In this document: piece after piece, positions 10,163-19,780 of the stretch | How positions within the stretch are numbered: the stretch's first letter is position 1 | Layout of the letters: each line of letters opens with the position of its first letter | IMG/VR virus record: IMGVR_UViG_3300012347_000377 | Span: 224,674 to 288,673 of that record | Strand: one strand, 5' to 3' | DNA: 64,000 bases | From: a virus | Lineage: Duplodnaviria; Heunggongvirae; Uroviricota; Caudoviricetes | Position numbers and translations under genes: made by a program | Notes under the pieces: generated by a model | What the model was told of the DNA's origin: nothing | The model's input: the letters and a program-made list of their open reading frames with translations, nothing else | Database searches by the model: none

Positions 10163-11626
10163 GTGATAAAAAAATTATTATTCATATTATTATTATCATT
10201 CATAGGTTTGAGTGGGTATGGTCAAACTACCTTTACTCAAACCTTTGTTGATAGATGCACGGGTGATGTAAAAGTAGTTACTGCAACATTTGTAAATGGA
10301 AGAGCAACTATAGCTTTTTATAATCGAATTAGAGTATTTACTCAACAAGAAGTAACCAACGGAACACTTCAACTTTGGTTAACCGAAACTTATAATTGGT
10401 GGTATGCACTTTCACCATGTTCGGTTGCAACTCAACAAGCACAACAAGCTCAACAAACTGCTCAACAAGCCCAACAAGCAGCTCAAACTGCATCTCAAGC
10501 AGCATCACAGGCTGCATCTGCCGCATCTGCCGCATCATCTGCAGTTTCAAATATACCCGCAGTTCCACCGGTGAATGTTCCACCTCCACCACCCGCAACA
10601 CCACCATCAACACCTGCATCTCCACCACCTACAAATAGTAGTTCACCACCTCCTGCACAAAATGGGGGTAGTTCTTCATCATCATCTTCATCATCATCTT
10701 CATCATCATCTTCGTCTTCATCATCTTCAGCATCTGAAACTAAGACAGAAACAAAAACTGAAACTAAAACAGAAACTAAGACCGAGACAAAAACTGAAGA
10801 AAAGAAAACAGAATCTAAAACAGAAACTAAAGAAGAGAAAAAGGAAGAATCCAAATCCGAAACTAAAGAAGAAAAGAAAGAGGAAAAAAAGGAAGAAACT
10901 AAAGAAGAGAAAAAGGAAGAGAAGAAGGAAGAAAAGAAAAAAGAGGATAAGAAAAAGGAAAAACAACAAAAACGTGCATCTGCACCACCTATAATGGTAA
11001 GTGGTGATATGATTGGAATGCAAAGTTTAACAGGTGGAATTGATGCAGTTCTTTCGGTTGGTATGAGTAAATCATCTATATTTGGTGATAGAAGTTATAA
11101 CGTAGGAACTATGATATGGTCTAATCTCCAACAATTCAGTTTATCAGCATCTACTGCTAAGATTTATATGACATCTGATTACAGAGTAAGTGGTATAGAA
11201 TCAGTATCAATTTCATATTCAAATAATTTTGGAACTAACGCAACATCTATGTCAATGAGTTGGATTGAACCTATGAGTGGTAGAAAAGGAACGTTTGGAA
11301 TTGGTTTTAATGGTTCTGCAGTTTGGGGTGATATGATGGATTATGGAACTTATAATATTGGTTGGAATGCATTATATACAAATTCGTTTAAGGTTGGTAG
11401 AAATATAACATATTCCCCAGCGTTTATTATAACCAATACACCTATTAATGCAGTAAATCAAAAACAAGAATTTAATGGTGATGCTATGTTTATTTTATCC
11501 AACGGATTTACTATACAATTAACTAAACGATTTGTTGTCAATTTCAATTGGACTGGTATAAAATCTACTAATGAATCATTACCCCTTATAAATTCATTCA
11601 TTATAGGATCAAAAATAAATTTATAA
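10163..11626 (+). CDS. Exported protein with long low-complexity stalk and C-terminal outer-membrane beta-barrel-like domain
   Basis: Signal peptide; AQQ repeats, poly-Pro, poly-Ser, (ETKT)n/(EEKK)n; C-terminal ~210 aa of alternating beta-strand pattern ending SFIIGSKINL. Confidence 0.55.
   Translation: MIKKLLFILLLSFIGLSGYGQTTFTQTFVDRCTGDVKVVTATFVNGRATIAFYNRIRVFTQQEVTNGTLQLWLTETYNWWYALSPCSVATQQAQQAQQTAQQAQQAAQTASQAASQAASAASAASSAVSNIPAVPPVNVPPPPPATPPSTPASPPPTNSSSPPPAQNGGSSSSSSSSSSSSSSSSSSSSASETKTETKTETKTETKTETKTEEKKTESKTETKEEKKEESKSETKEEKKEEKKEETKEEKKEEKKEEKKKEDKKKEKQQKRASAPPIMVSGDMIGMQSLTGGIDAVLSVGMSKSSIFGDRSYNVGTMIWSNLQQFSLSASTAKIYMTSDYRVSGIESVSISYSNNFGTNATSMSMSWIEPMSGRKGTFGIGFNGSAVWGDMMDYGTYNIGWNALYTNSFKVGRNITYSPAFIITNTPINAVNQKQEFNGDAMFILSNGFTIQLTKRFVVNFNWTGIKSTNESLPLINSFIIGSKINL
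10670..10965 (+). repeat. Coding low-complexity repeats (poly-Ser TCA/TCT; ETKT and EEKK units)
   Basis: Visible in the DNA and in the translation of 10163. Confidence 0.9.
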
Positions 11627-11657
11627 CATACTTAAATAAAAGATAGTTACGATTACG

Positions 11658-12470
11658 ATGAAAAAAGCAATATTCTTAGGAGCATCAAATACACATGGAG
11701 TTTCATTACATTATTTTAGAGAACTATATAATGATTATGAAAATGTAAATCCTGAATGGCCATACCCTAAAAACTTAGACGATGAGTTATTTATAGAAAC
11801 AAATCGATTCTCAAAACAACTTTCAACTTATTTAAATGTTCAAGAGATAAATCTCTCTAGAGCAGGTGGATCACCAGCGGAATCTTTATATCTACTTTCT
11901 CAAACAGATTTATCTGATGTAGAATATATAGTATTTGAATTATCGGGCTTTTATAATTACTTTGATAGGTTTTTTCACCCTAATAAAGATGAAGCAACAT
12001 CACAAATGTTGCCAAGAACACCATCTGAAATTGAATCTTTTTTAACTAATAATAAAAATGATAATATTGAATTAAAAAACAAAATTATCGAATGGGTTAT
12101 AAATTACAATCCACATGAATTTATGAATGAAGTTTTTATAAAACTCAAAGATTTTATAAATACAAATCCACATATAAAAATTTCAATATTACTTTGGAGA
12201 GATACTTTAGATTTTACCAATATAAATTTACAATTTTTAGAAAAATATATTGTAAAATTTCCCCTAATAAATGATAATGATAATATTTTAGTTGAAAAAT
12301 ATTTAATAGAAAATAAACATAGAGTGTGTGATGAATTTAAATGGGCAAATAAAATAAAATTACCGAAAAATTCATCTGATATACATCCATCATTAAACGG
12401 TCACAATAAAATATTTAAAATACTAAAAAGTTATATAGATGAAAGAAACACTCTTAATAATTGGAGATAG
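11658..12470 (+). CDS. SGNH/GDSL-fold protein (paralog 1)
   Basis: FLGASNTHG; NLSRAGGS; DIHPSLNGH. Confidence 0.7.
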   Translation: MKKAIFLGASNTHGVSLHYFRELYNDYENVNPEWPYPKNLDDELFIETNRFSKQLSTYLNVQEINLSRAGGSPAESLYLLSQTDLSDVEYIVFELSGFYNYFDRFFHPNKDEATSQMLPRTPSEIESFLTNNKNDNIELKNKIIEWVINYNPHEFMNEVFIKLKDFINTNPHIKISILLWRDTLDFTNINLQFLEKYIVKFPLINDNDNILVEKYLIENKHRVCDEFKWANKIKLPKNSSDIHPSLNGHNKIFKILKSYIDERNTLNNWR

Positions 12471-13008
12471 TTTTGCTGCTGATTGGAGTAGTAAATCAAA
12501 CTCATTGGGTTGGGTTAATAAATTAGAATCGGATTATGATGTTACTAATTTAGCACAAGCAGGAGTTAGTGAGTATAAATTATATTTACAACTCCAATCA
12601 GTAAACCCAAAAAATTATGATCAGATAATTGTATCCCATACATCGGCATATAGAATCCCCATAGAAGAACATCCAATCCATAAAGGTGATTCTCTTCATA
12701 ATAATTGTGATATTATATTTTCAGATGTAAAAGAACATTTGGATAATCCTATAATGAAAACTGCATATGATTTTTATTCTGAAATATTTTACGCAGATTA
12801 TTTTTGCTTTGTCAATGATTTAATCTTTGATAAGATATATAAGGAAATTCCATCAGCAACCCATATAACCTTTTTCGATTCATTTTATTCAGATAAGGTA
12901 ATTAAATTTGAAGATATTTTTCTTAACCATAGGGGTAATACCAATCATTTAACTGATGTTGGAAATGAATATATCTACAATAGTATTAAAAAATTATTAG
13001 GTAAATAA
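12439..13008 (+). CDS. SGNH/GDSL-fold protein (paralog 2)
   Basis: IIGDSF; NLAQAGVSE; NHLTDVGN. Confidence 0.7.
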   Translation: MKETLLIIGDSFAADWSSKSNSLGWVNKLESDYDVTNLAQAGVSEYKLYLQLQSVNPKNYDQIIVSHTSAYRIPIEEHPIHKGDSLHNNCDIIFSDVKEHLDNPIMKTAYDFYSEIFYADYFCFVNDLIFDKIYKEIPSATHITFFDSFYSDKVIKFEDIFLNHRGNTNHLTDVGNEYIYNSIKKLLGK

Positions 13009-13029
13009 ACCTATAAATAAACATTTCTA

Positions 13030-13037
13030 TATTTATA
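13030..13037 (+). promoter_or_regulatory. Putative phage late promoter motif TATTTATA (also at 2410, 15952, 19528, 19834, 27752, 50341; variants at 26083, 41422)
   Basis: Recurrent intergenic 8-mer about 5-75 nt upstream of starts that lack the host-type promoter. Confidence 0.55.
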
Positions 13038-13072
13038 TAAGTTAAAATAGATAGAATACAAAGGAACAAAAT

Positions 13073-14056
13073 ATGAAATTATCTCAAGTAAAATCAGCAG
13101 TAAAACAGACAATTAGAGAAAACTTTAAACAATCTCTTTCCGAAGCATCATATAATTTAGGTAGTGAACAATATACTAAGAAAAATTTAACACCAACCGA
13201 AATTTTAGATTTGGCAATGGCATACGCAAAAGTACCCGGTAAAGGTAATCCTATGTATGGTAAAAAAATGCCAAAGATGATAGTTGTTGCTAATGATTTG
13301 GCTAAACTAAACGGAACTATCCAACAAAATGCCAGTATTCGTAGTAAAGAACCTGCACTTATATTAACTTTAATGAAAAATGGATTAATTACTAAAGATG
13401 AGTATGTTAAACTATATAAGAACTTATTAGAAAAACAAATAAGTGTTATTGGTGCATTGAAAAACGCAGACCCTGCCTCAAGAATGGTAGGTGGTGCAGC
13501 AGCAAGACAGGCACATAAAGATATGAAGGGTGAATTTGAAGAATCGGTTAATGAAGGATTAAAACATCTTATTCACGTAGAAACCCCCAAAGAAATATTA
13601 TCAAAATCAGTTGCATCACAAATTATGGCATTAGCCAAAAAAGGGGTTCGTTCAAGTGAAATTGGATTGAATATGGGATTCATAGGTAATAATAACGCAG
13701 CAGTTGATTCTTTTCAAAAAGTTAAAAATAAAATATATTTTTCATTGGATAAACGAAACGAATCAGTAAACGAATCTTTTGTAAAAGGTAAAACTTATGG
13801 TGGAACTAAATGTGAAGGTGGTTGTTTCATTGGTAAGCAAGGTTTGATGAAAATAATCAAAATTTCAAAAGAATCACCAAACAATACATTTATATTCAGA
13901 CAAGATAATTTTTCTGGATTACAACCTCATTTTATTAAGAATGGTGTAATTGGAAAAGCAACTACACTTAATCCATCGTATGATTTAGATAGAAATAAAG
14001 TAAGAAACTTAAAAATCACTAACGATATTATTCTTTCAATTCAATTGTTTGACTAA
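13073..14056 (+). CDS. Putative head-associated multi-module protein
   Basis: Modules separated by EESVNE/NESVNE; preceded by the late motif. Confidence 0.4.
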   Translation: MKLSQVKSAVKQTIRENFKQSLSEASYNLGSEQYTKKNLTPTEILDLAMAYAKVPGKGNPMYGKKMPKMIVVANDLAKLNGTIQQNASIRSKEPALILTLMKNGLITKDEYVKLYKNLLEKQISVIGALKNADPASRMVGGAAARQAHKDMKGEFEESVNEGLKHLIHVETPKEILSKSVASQIMALAKKGVRSSEIGLNMGFIGNNNAAVDSFQKVKNKIYFSLDKRNESVNESFVKGKTYGGTKCEGGCFIGKQGLMKIIKISKESPNNTFIFRQDNFSGLQPHFIKNGVIGKATTLNPSYDLDRNKVRNLKITNDIILSIQLFD

Positions 14057-14071
14057 TTTAATTTTATTAAA

Positions 14072-14533
14072 ATGATAAATTTATCAAATATTTTAGAAAA
14101 AAAATATCATTACGATACTGGATTATCTGGTGATGAGAAATCACATGCAGAAACTCAATTCAATCAACATCATCATGCTTCGATGTATGCAAAACATTTT
14201 GGAATAACTGCAGATAAAGAAACGGTTGATTTTGATGACGATGATGAGGATAGAAATCCTGGTAAAGTAGTTCCATATGATTCTAAAAAAGATAAAATCG
14301 ATAGAGGATATGAACCATTATCAACAAGAAAACTAAAATCAGAATATCATCATAATACACCAAACGAAAGAATTAAATCTTACACCGAGCGTATTAAGAA
14401 TATAAAAGATAAATTACAAAGTATTGAAGATAAAACATCGGATACTTATAAATTACAACAAGGAAAATTAAAGGCAGTTATACAAACACTTTCGAACTAC
14501 AAACAACAACAAAGTATTAAGAAAACAAAATAA
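14072..14533 (+). CDS. Hypothetical protein with MINLSNILE leader
   Basis: Shared N-terminal leader; coiled-coil C-terminus. Confidence 0.4.
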   Translation: MINLSNILEKKYHYDTGLSGDEKSHAETQFNQHHHASMYAKHFGITADKETVDFDDDDEDRNPGKVVPYDSKKDKIDRGYEPLSTRKLKSEYHHNTPNERIKSYTERIKNIKDKLQSIEDKTSDTYKLQQGKLKAVIQTLSNYKQQQSIKKTK

Positions 14534-14832
14534 TGATAAGTTTAAAAAACATAATGAAGGGTGGTAAATGGAGTGGTAGAGATATCGAGTTCGGTAAAGT
14601 CTATTCAAACCCATACCATACTGCATTTAAACCATTAAAGGAAGAGGAAGACCATGAAGTATTTATGGGGCAATCTCTCTTAGATGACATTATTAAAAAT
14701 GCAACTGAATTAAAAGAAAAAATAGGAGAATCGGAAACTGATATTCCGGCATGGATTCAAGACCATATATCCCAGTCACAAAATTTTATTAACCAAGCAA
14801 ATACCGGTTACTATGATAGCAACTCCAAATAA
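14533..14832 (+). CDS. Hypothetical protein with MISLKNIM leader
   Basis: Shared leader; DIPAWIQDHISQ helical motif. Confidence 0.4.
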   Translation: MISLKNIMKGGKWSGRDIEFGKVYSNPYHTAFKPLKEEEDHEVFMGQSLLDDIIKNATELKEKIGESETDIPAWIQDHISQSQNFINQANTGYYDSNSK

Positions 14833-14843
14833 GTGAGTTAGAT

Positions 14844-15467
14844 ATGGAATTAAAATATATGGAAACAATCACAACGGTAGTAATAGCATTAATAACGGCA
14901 GTTTTAGGTCCTGCAACATTAGAGTGGGTACGTGTTAAATTAAAGAAAGATACGATGCCAGACCCAATCCGAAATGAATTAGAATCTGCTAAAATAATTG
15001 ATGAAGATATTGAAGATATTAGAGAGCATTTAAACGCTGATAGAATCTGGGTATCGATGTTTCACAATGGTGGACATTTTTTACATTCAAATAAATCCAT
15101 ACAGAAATTTTCAATAATGTATGAGACATCAAAAAATGGTGTATCTAAAATAGCACCAACCTTTACAAATATACCAGTATCCTTATTCTTAAAATCTAAT
15201 GAGGAAATCTTAAACTCTGGTCATATTTTTATTTCCAACTTTGATGACCCAACTCAAGCAACATTTGGATTAAAAGAAGCTGCAACAGCAAGTGGTGCTA
15301 AAGCAACATATGCAGTTGGATTATTTGATATTAAAACGGAAATTTGTATAGGAACATTGGGTATTGATTATCTAACTACGAAAAAACTAACAATAGAACA
15401 AAAATCATTCTTAATTGAACGTTGTAATCGTTTATCTGGATATATCTCAATCTTCTTAAAAAGTTAA
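14844..15467 (+). CDS. N-terminal TM + GAF-like domain protein (candidate T4-T-type holin)
   Basis: TM ITTVVIALITAVLGP; LNADRIWVSMFHNGG...IGTLGIDY GAF-like pattern. Confidence 0.45.
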   Translation: MELKYMETITTVVIALITAVLGPATLEWVRVKLKKDTMPDPIRNELESAKIIDEDIEDIREHLNADRIWVSMFHNGGHFLHSNKSIQKFSIMYETSKNGVSKIAPTFTNIPVSLFLKSNEEILNSGHIFISNFDDPTQATFGLKEAATASGAKATYAVGLFDIKTEICIGTLGIDYLTTKKLTIEQKSFLIERCNRLSGYISIFLKS

Positions 15468-15481
15468 ATAACATAATATAT

Positions 15482-15510
15482 AACCCATTGATTTTCAATG
15501 GGTTTTTTAT
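15482..15510 (+). terminator. Intrinsic terminator
   Basis: AACCCATTG-atttt-CAATGGGTT followed by a T-run. Confidence 0.8.
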
Positions 15511-15533
15511 TGCCCAAAATAACCCCTTTTTTA

Positions 15534-15567
15534 TTTGGAAATCTCATATATTTTTTGTATATTTATA
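15534..15567 (+). promoter_or_regulatory. Host-type (-33/-7) promoter variant
   Basis: TTTG-N20-TATATTTA. Confidence 0.55.
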
Positions 15568-15584
15568 GTATAAATGATGAGAAT

Positions 15585-15947
15585 ATGAATCAAAATGAAA
15601 TACAAAAAATAGTGTTTGATGTCTATGAAAAAATCACCAAACATTATGGAGAATCCAAACATCAAAAATCAACTCCTTATATCGTATTTGAAGATTCCCC
15701 ATACGATGATGCCGATGATAAAGATTTAATTGGTGAGTATTGTTCAATGATGAATGAAATAGTGGTTTATTGGAAGAATATCCCCTCGTCAGAGGTTTTA
15801 ATTAGAACAATGGTTCACGAATACCAACATTACTTACAATCTCCCTCTTGGATGACTAGATACTATAATATGGGATATGGATACAATGACCACCCATATG
15901 AAGTTCAAGCGTATAGTGAAGAGGAAAATTGGGTAAAGTTTGTTTAA
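15585..15947 (+). CDS. Small HExxH zinc metallopeptidase-like protein
   Basis: TMVHEYQHYLQ...HPYEVQAY; start moved to 15585 because the ORF's upstream part is terminator and promoter. Confidence 0.7.
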   Translation: MNQNEIQKIVFDVYEKITKHYGESKHQKSTPYIVFEDSPYDDADDKDLIGEYCSMMNEIVVYWKNIPSSEVLIRTMVHEYQHYLQSPSWMTRYYNMGYGYNDHPYEVQAYSEEENWVKFV

Positions 15948-15981
15948 TTTATATTTATAGTATAGAATAAAGGAAATCAAT

Positions 15982-16236
15982 ATGAAATTAACAGAATTAT
16001 TAAACGAAGTGAGTTTAACTCCAAAGGCAGCTAAATTCTTAGATGCTATTCAAATACACGATAGAGGTATTAAAGATTTGAAACATATCACTGTCGATGC
16101 ATCACCTCAAGGAAACTGGTCCGTTTATTATAAAGGTAAAAGATTAGGCACTGTCAACGCTCGTTTATTAGACGATGAGACTATTAGAAAATATGGTTTA
16201 GAACATTACGAACATTCTTATTTTGGAAGAAATTAA
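15982..16236 (+). CDS. Hypothetical protein with MKLTELLNE leader
   Basis: Shared leader; late motif at 15952. Confidence 0.45.
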   Translation: MKLTELLNEVSLTPKAAKFLDAIQIHDRGIKDLKHITVDASPQGNWSVYYKGKRLGTVNARLLDDETIRKYGLEHYEHSYFGRN

Positions 16237-16242
16237 AATATC

Positions 16243-16569
16243 ATGATAACATTAAAATCAATTATTGCAGAGGCAAAAATAACACCAAGTATTAAGGAAG
16301 TGAGTGATACATATTTCAACTCATTTACTGATGCAGTAAATTACGCTAGAAAAGCTACTGAAAAAAGAGGATTTGAAATCAATGAAGATGATTGGCAAAC
16401 TCAAATTGCTTTAGGTGGTAAATATTCTCGTTCAAGACCAAGTGTTGGTAAAACTAATACATTTAGTGTTGGTTTATTAAAAGGTGGTAAACCTCAAAGA
16501 AAAAACCTTAACATTTCAGTATATGGAATGGAGAGTGGTAAGTTTGAATTAACTCATTATATAAACTAA
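16243..16569 (+). CDS. Hypothetical phage protein with MITLKSIIAE leader
   Basis: Shared leader; compact domain ending VYGMESGKFELTHYIN. Confidence 0.45.
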   Translation: MITLKSIIAEAKITPSIKEVSDTYFNSFTDAVNYARKATEKRGFEINEDDWQTQIALGGKYSRSRPSVGKTNTFSVGLLKGGKPQRKNLNISVYGMESGKFELTHYIN

Positions 16570-16573
16570 TCTT

Positions 16574-16849
16574 ATGATAAAGTTAGCAAATTTATTAAAC
16601 GAAAACTTTCCAGGTAAAGGTGCAGTTGTATCTACAAAGGATATTGATTCCAAAATGATGGATTACTTTGATAGAACAAATGTGAAATTAGAAGTAACTC
16701 CTATTAGTGGAAAGAAATATTCAGCATCAGTTGGTCAACGATTTGGTGATATTTTCTTTTTCGGAGCTGGAGTACCTGATAAATCAACTTGGCAATTACA
16801 ATTGAAACAAATTAAATCTGTAAAGATTTTAGGATATTACGGAGATTAA
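16574..16849 (+). CDS. Hypothetical protein with MIKLANLLNE leader
   Basis: Shared leader. Confidence 0.45.
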   Translation: MIKLANLLNENFPGKGAVVSTKDIDSKMMDYFDRTNVKLEVTPISGKKYSASVGQRFGDIFFFGAGVPDKSTWQLQLKQIKSVKILGYYGD

Positions 16850-16864
16850 CAAATAATTCATAAG

Positions 16865-17140
16865 ATGAAATTAACATTCAAATTAAACGGAAAGCCAAAT
16901 GTGGTTGAATTTAATACCGCACCAAATCAATCGGGTGGTATTTCTTGTATGGCTAAAACATCAAAGGATTTGGATGTATTACAATATATTATTTCAGAAT
17001 CACCTGCAATGGTTGTTCCAAAAGCAATACAACAATATATTGAAAAAACTTTAAAATTACCAATTGAGATTGATAGAGATTATAGAGGTGCCGGATTCGC
17101 ATTCAAATTGGATATGTATGAATTGGTAAAAAAATTATAA
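16865..17140 (+). CDS. Hypothetical protein
   Basis: ORF in operon context. Confidence 0.4.
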   Translation: MKLTFKLNGKPNVVEFNTAPNQSGGISCMAKTSKDLDVLQYIISESPAMVVPKAIQQYIEKTLKLPIEIDRDYRGAGFAFKLDMYELVKKL

Positions 17141-17322
17141 TGATTAACTTAATTGATATATTAAAAGAAATTGTCAAAAACAGCGTAGTTTACTGCGATG
17201 GATGTGATTGGTCATGGAATTTATCAGATGGTGGAAATGATCCATATATTTGTCATAAATGTGGCCACGATAATACACCAAATACTGAAAATAAAGAATT
17301 TAAGGAAACCCCAACTAAATAA
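17140..17322 (+). CDS. Zinc-ribbon mini-protein with MINLIDILKE leader
   Basis: CDGC...CHKC. Confidence 0.55.
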   Translation: MINLIDILKEIVKNSVVYCDGCDWSWNLSDGGNDPYICHKCGHDNTPNTENKEFKETPTK

Positions 17323-18090
17323 ATGGAAGTAAGAGGATACGTTCACCCATATAAGAATTTTGCAACTATTGCAGAGTGGGAACGTATTGCCAAAGAATTT
17401 ATTGCGTTAGAACAAAAAGGGTTTGATACGAGAGGTGGTATGATTGATAATAATCCACAACTAATATCACTTGTCAATCAATGGTTTGGATTTCAATTAT
17501 ATGTAGAAACTCAGCGATACCCACAACTTAAACAAAAAATGGTTTTAGATTTCATCGAAGATTTTGTAAATCATAGAGTTTGGGGATTAAAAGATGAATT
17601 TAAGGATTATATTGTTAATATAAACAATGATAAGTTTGCATTCTTTTATAGTAGAGGTGCAATTGAACCATATATCCTCCTAGATAAGAGTTTTACCGAA
17701 GATGTCTATGGAACTACCAATGAGATAGTTAAAACCTTACATTGGACAAATAAAGAGGGTTTAGCAAACATCATAGATGGTATTCAAAATAATTCACAAT
17801 TTTCAATATCAACATTCACTACTCAGGCTAAAGAGTTCTTCAGACCGGATAGTAATATCTTAGTTAGAATTAAGGGTAGATTAGTTGCAGCATTTAAATC
17901 CGATGTAAAATCTTTGGTAGTTGATAATGGTGATAGAGCAGCAAACTTATTTAGATTCGCATATCAAGATGAAGAATCCAACTTATGTAAGAAAGTTGAA
18001 GATTGTAGAGAAAATAAGACTAATTTGTGGAACGAAATTATCATAAAACCAACTGGAATAATTGATTATAAAGTTATAAAAAAATACTAA
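17323..18090 (+). CDS. Hypothetical protein
   Basis: 255-aa ORF starting in frame directly after the stop of 17140. Confidence 0.45.
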   Translation: MEVRGYVHPYKNFATIAEWERIAKEFIALEQKGFDTRGGMIDNNPQLISLVNQWFGFQLYVETQRYPQLKQKMVLDFIEDFVNHRVWGLKDEFKDYIVNINNDKFAFFYSRGAIEPYILLDKSFTEDVYGTTNEIVKTLHWTNKEGLANIIDGIQNNSQFSISTFTTQAKEFFRPDSNILVRIKGRLVAAFKSDVKSLVVDNGDRAANLFRFAYQDEESNLCKKVEDCRENKTNLWNEIIIKPTGIIDYKVIKKY

Positions 18091-18095
18091 TAAAA

Positions 18096-18135
18096 TTTGG
18101 TAATATCAGATTTTTTTACTATATTAGCTTTATAA
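18096..18135 (+). promoter_or_regulatory. Early-type promoter, TTAGCT class
   Basis: TTTGG...TATATTAGCTTTATAA with TTTG-N20-TA spacing. Confidence 0.75.
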
Positions 18136-18150
18136 ACGTTAAGAGATAAA

Positions 18151-18954
18151 ATGATAAAATTAAGAGATTTATTGAAAGAGGAAACCTCAAAAAATCCATT
18201 AATCAACCGATTGTTGGTAGAATTGAAACCTCTAATTGCTGATATTATTGAAGATACTAAACAACGTTATAAAAAAGACGATAAAGAGTTTACTGATTAT
18301 GATGCTCATTATACCGAAATTGTATTGAAATACGATATGGTTAGAGCATTAGAAAAATACACTCTACCTACTGATAAAATGAGTGATGTTGTGGTAAGAA
18401 ACTCTTCAAAGGGTGCGTTCCAAATCAAATGTATAGTAGAACGAGATGGTAATAAATACCCATTCAACACCGAAGTAATTTATGCAGGTGGATACAACAT
18501 TCAGAAATTACACTTTCGTTATTTAACCAAAACATCATTACCGCAAACAGGTCAATCCGCTGAAACTCAAAAGTTGAAAGCTGAATTGATGAAAATGAGT
18601 AAGGGTGAGAAATTACAGAAAGATATTGAAAGACTTAAAAAACGTATCGAATTAAATCAAAAAGAAATCGATGCTAATTCCAAATTTAACGATAAACAAA
18701 TTTTGGATAAAGTTAATGCCGGTGATAATGTAGTTGGGAAACCATTTGTTTGGCCATCGTGGGAAGAGATAGTTAAGAGAGGTGCTGATAAAAACTACAA
18801 TAATGATGAAAAGTATTACAACCAACGAAAGAAGGAATCGGAAGAAGGTAGTATAGAGTTTTGGAAAAAAAAGAATATCATTTGGAAGCAGCAAGATATT
18901 GCTAGTTCTAAAAAAGAAATTGAAAAGGCACAAAAAAAATTGGATAATTTATAA
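18151..18954 (+). CDS. Hypothetical protein with MIKLRDLLKEE leader
   Basis: Shared leader; IYAGGYNIQKLHFRYL motif; coiled coil. Confidence 0.45.
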   Translation: MIKLRDLLKEETSKNPLINRLLVELKPLIADIIEDTKQRYKKDDKEFTDYDAHYTEIVLKYDMVRALEKYTLPTDKMSDVVVRNSSKGAFQIKCIVERDGNKYPFNTEVIYAGGYNIQKLHFRYLTKTSLPQTGQSAETQKLKAELMKMSKGEKLQKDIERLKKRIELNQKEIDANSKFNDKQILDKVNAGDNVVGKPFVWPSWEEIVKRGADKNYNNDEKYYNQRKKESEEGSIEFWKKKNIIWKQQDIASSKKEIEKAQKKLDNL

Positions 18955-19502
18955 TGATAAAATTAAAAGATATGATAAGTAGAAGTTTATTCGTAGAATC
19001 AAAAAAATTAAGGATATTTGATTTTGATGATACTCTTGTTAAAACAACATCTTTCATATACATCACACATTCAGATGGTAGAAAATCAAAATTAACTCCT
19101 GGTCAATATGCAGTGTATGTAGAAAGACCGGGTGATGTATTCGATTTCAAAGATTTTAATCAGGTTAAGAATCCTCAAGAAATTACTAAAATAACAAATA
19201 TTCTTAGAAACATAGTTAGAGTTAGTGGTGGTGAGGGTGTTTATATTTTAACCGCTCGTTCTGCAGCAGAACCAATTAAAAAATATCTAAGAGATATTGG
19301 AATTAATTCTAATAAAATATTTGTAGTTGCATTAGCATCTAACAATCCAAAAGATAAAGCAGATTGGATTGAGAACAAAATTGACAACGAAGGATATGAT
19401 GATATTTACTTCGCAGATGATTCTGAAAAGAATGTTGAAACTGCAAAACAAATGTTAAGAAGAAAAGATGTTCGTTGGAGAGTTCAACAAATAAAACACT
19501 AA
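18954..19502 (+). CDS. HAD-superfamily phosphatase (PNKP-phosphatase/RNA-repair-like) with MIKLKD leader
   Basis: IFDFDDTLV (motif I), ILTAR (II), K, FADDSEKN (IV). Confidence 0.75.
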   Translation: MIKLKDMISRSLFVESKKLRIFDFDDTLVKTTSFIYITHSDGRKSKLTPGQYAVYVERPGDVFDFKDFNQVKNPQEITKITNILRNIVRVSGGEGVYILTARSAAEPIKKYLRDIGINSNKIFVVALASNNPKDKADWIENKIDNEGYDDIYFADDSEKNVETAKQMLRRKDVRWRVQQIKH

Positions 19503-19558
19503 ATTATATTTTGTAATCATTTTCTGATATTTATATAAAAATAAAGGGAGTATGATAC

Positions 19559-19780
19559 ATGAAAAGGTTTTTAACAAAATGTTCGGAGTTATTATTTAAA
19601 GGATTTTTAGTATTCACTTTTATGTGGATTTCATTTGCATTGATATTCGATGCATTCTTTGTCTACCTACACTTCACTAATCCAGAAAAAGGACAATACT
19701 ATTCAAATGAAATAATGGTGAGAATCGATGGAACGTATAAAAACAATCCTAAAAGTATTTGGTATGTAAACCAAAAATAA
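19559..19780 (+). CDS. Small membrane protein
   Basis: One long TM segment. Confidence 0.4.
   Translation: MKRFLTKCSELLFKGFLVFTFMWISFALIFDAFFVYLHFTNPEKGQYYSNEIMVRIDGTYKNNPKSIWYVNQK

Noticed and set aside
10396-10994. Alternative-frame His/Lys-rich and Cys/Thr-rich ORFs
   Set aside because: They are frame-shifted readings of the poly-Ser, poly-Pro and EEKK repeats of 10163.
15498-15584. N-terminal 29 aa of track ORF 15498
   Set aside because: This stretch overlaps a terminator hairpin and a promoter; the real start is 15585.
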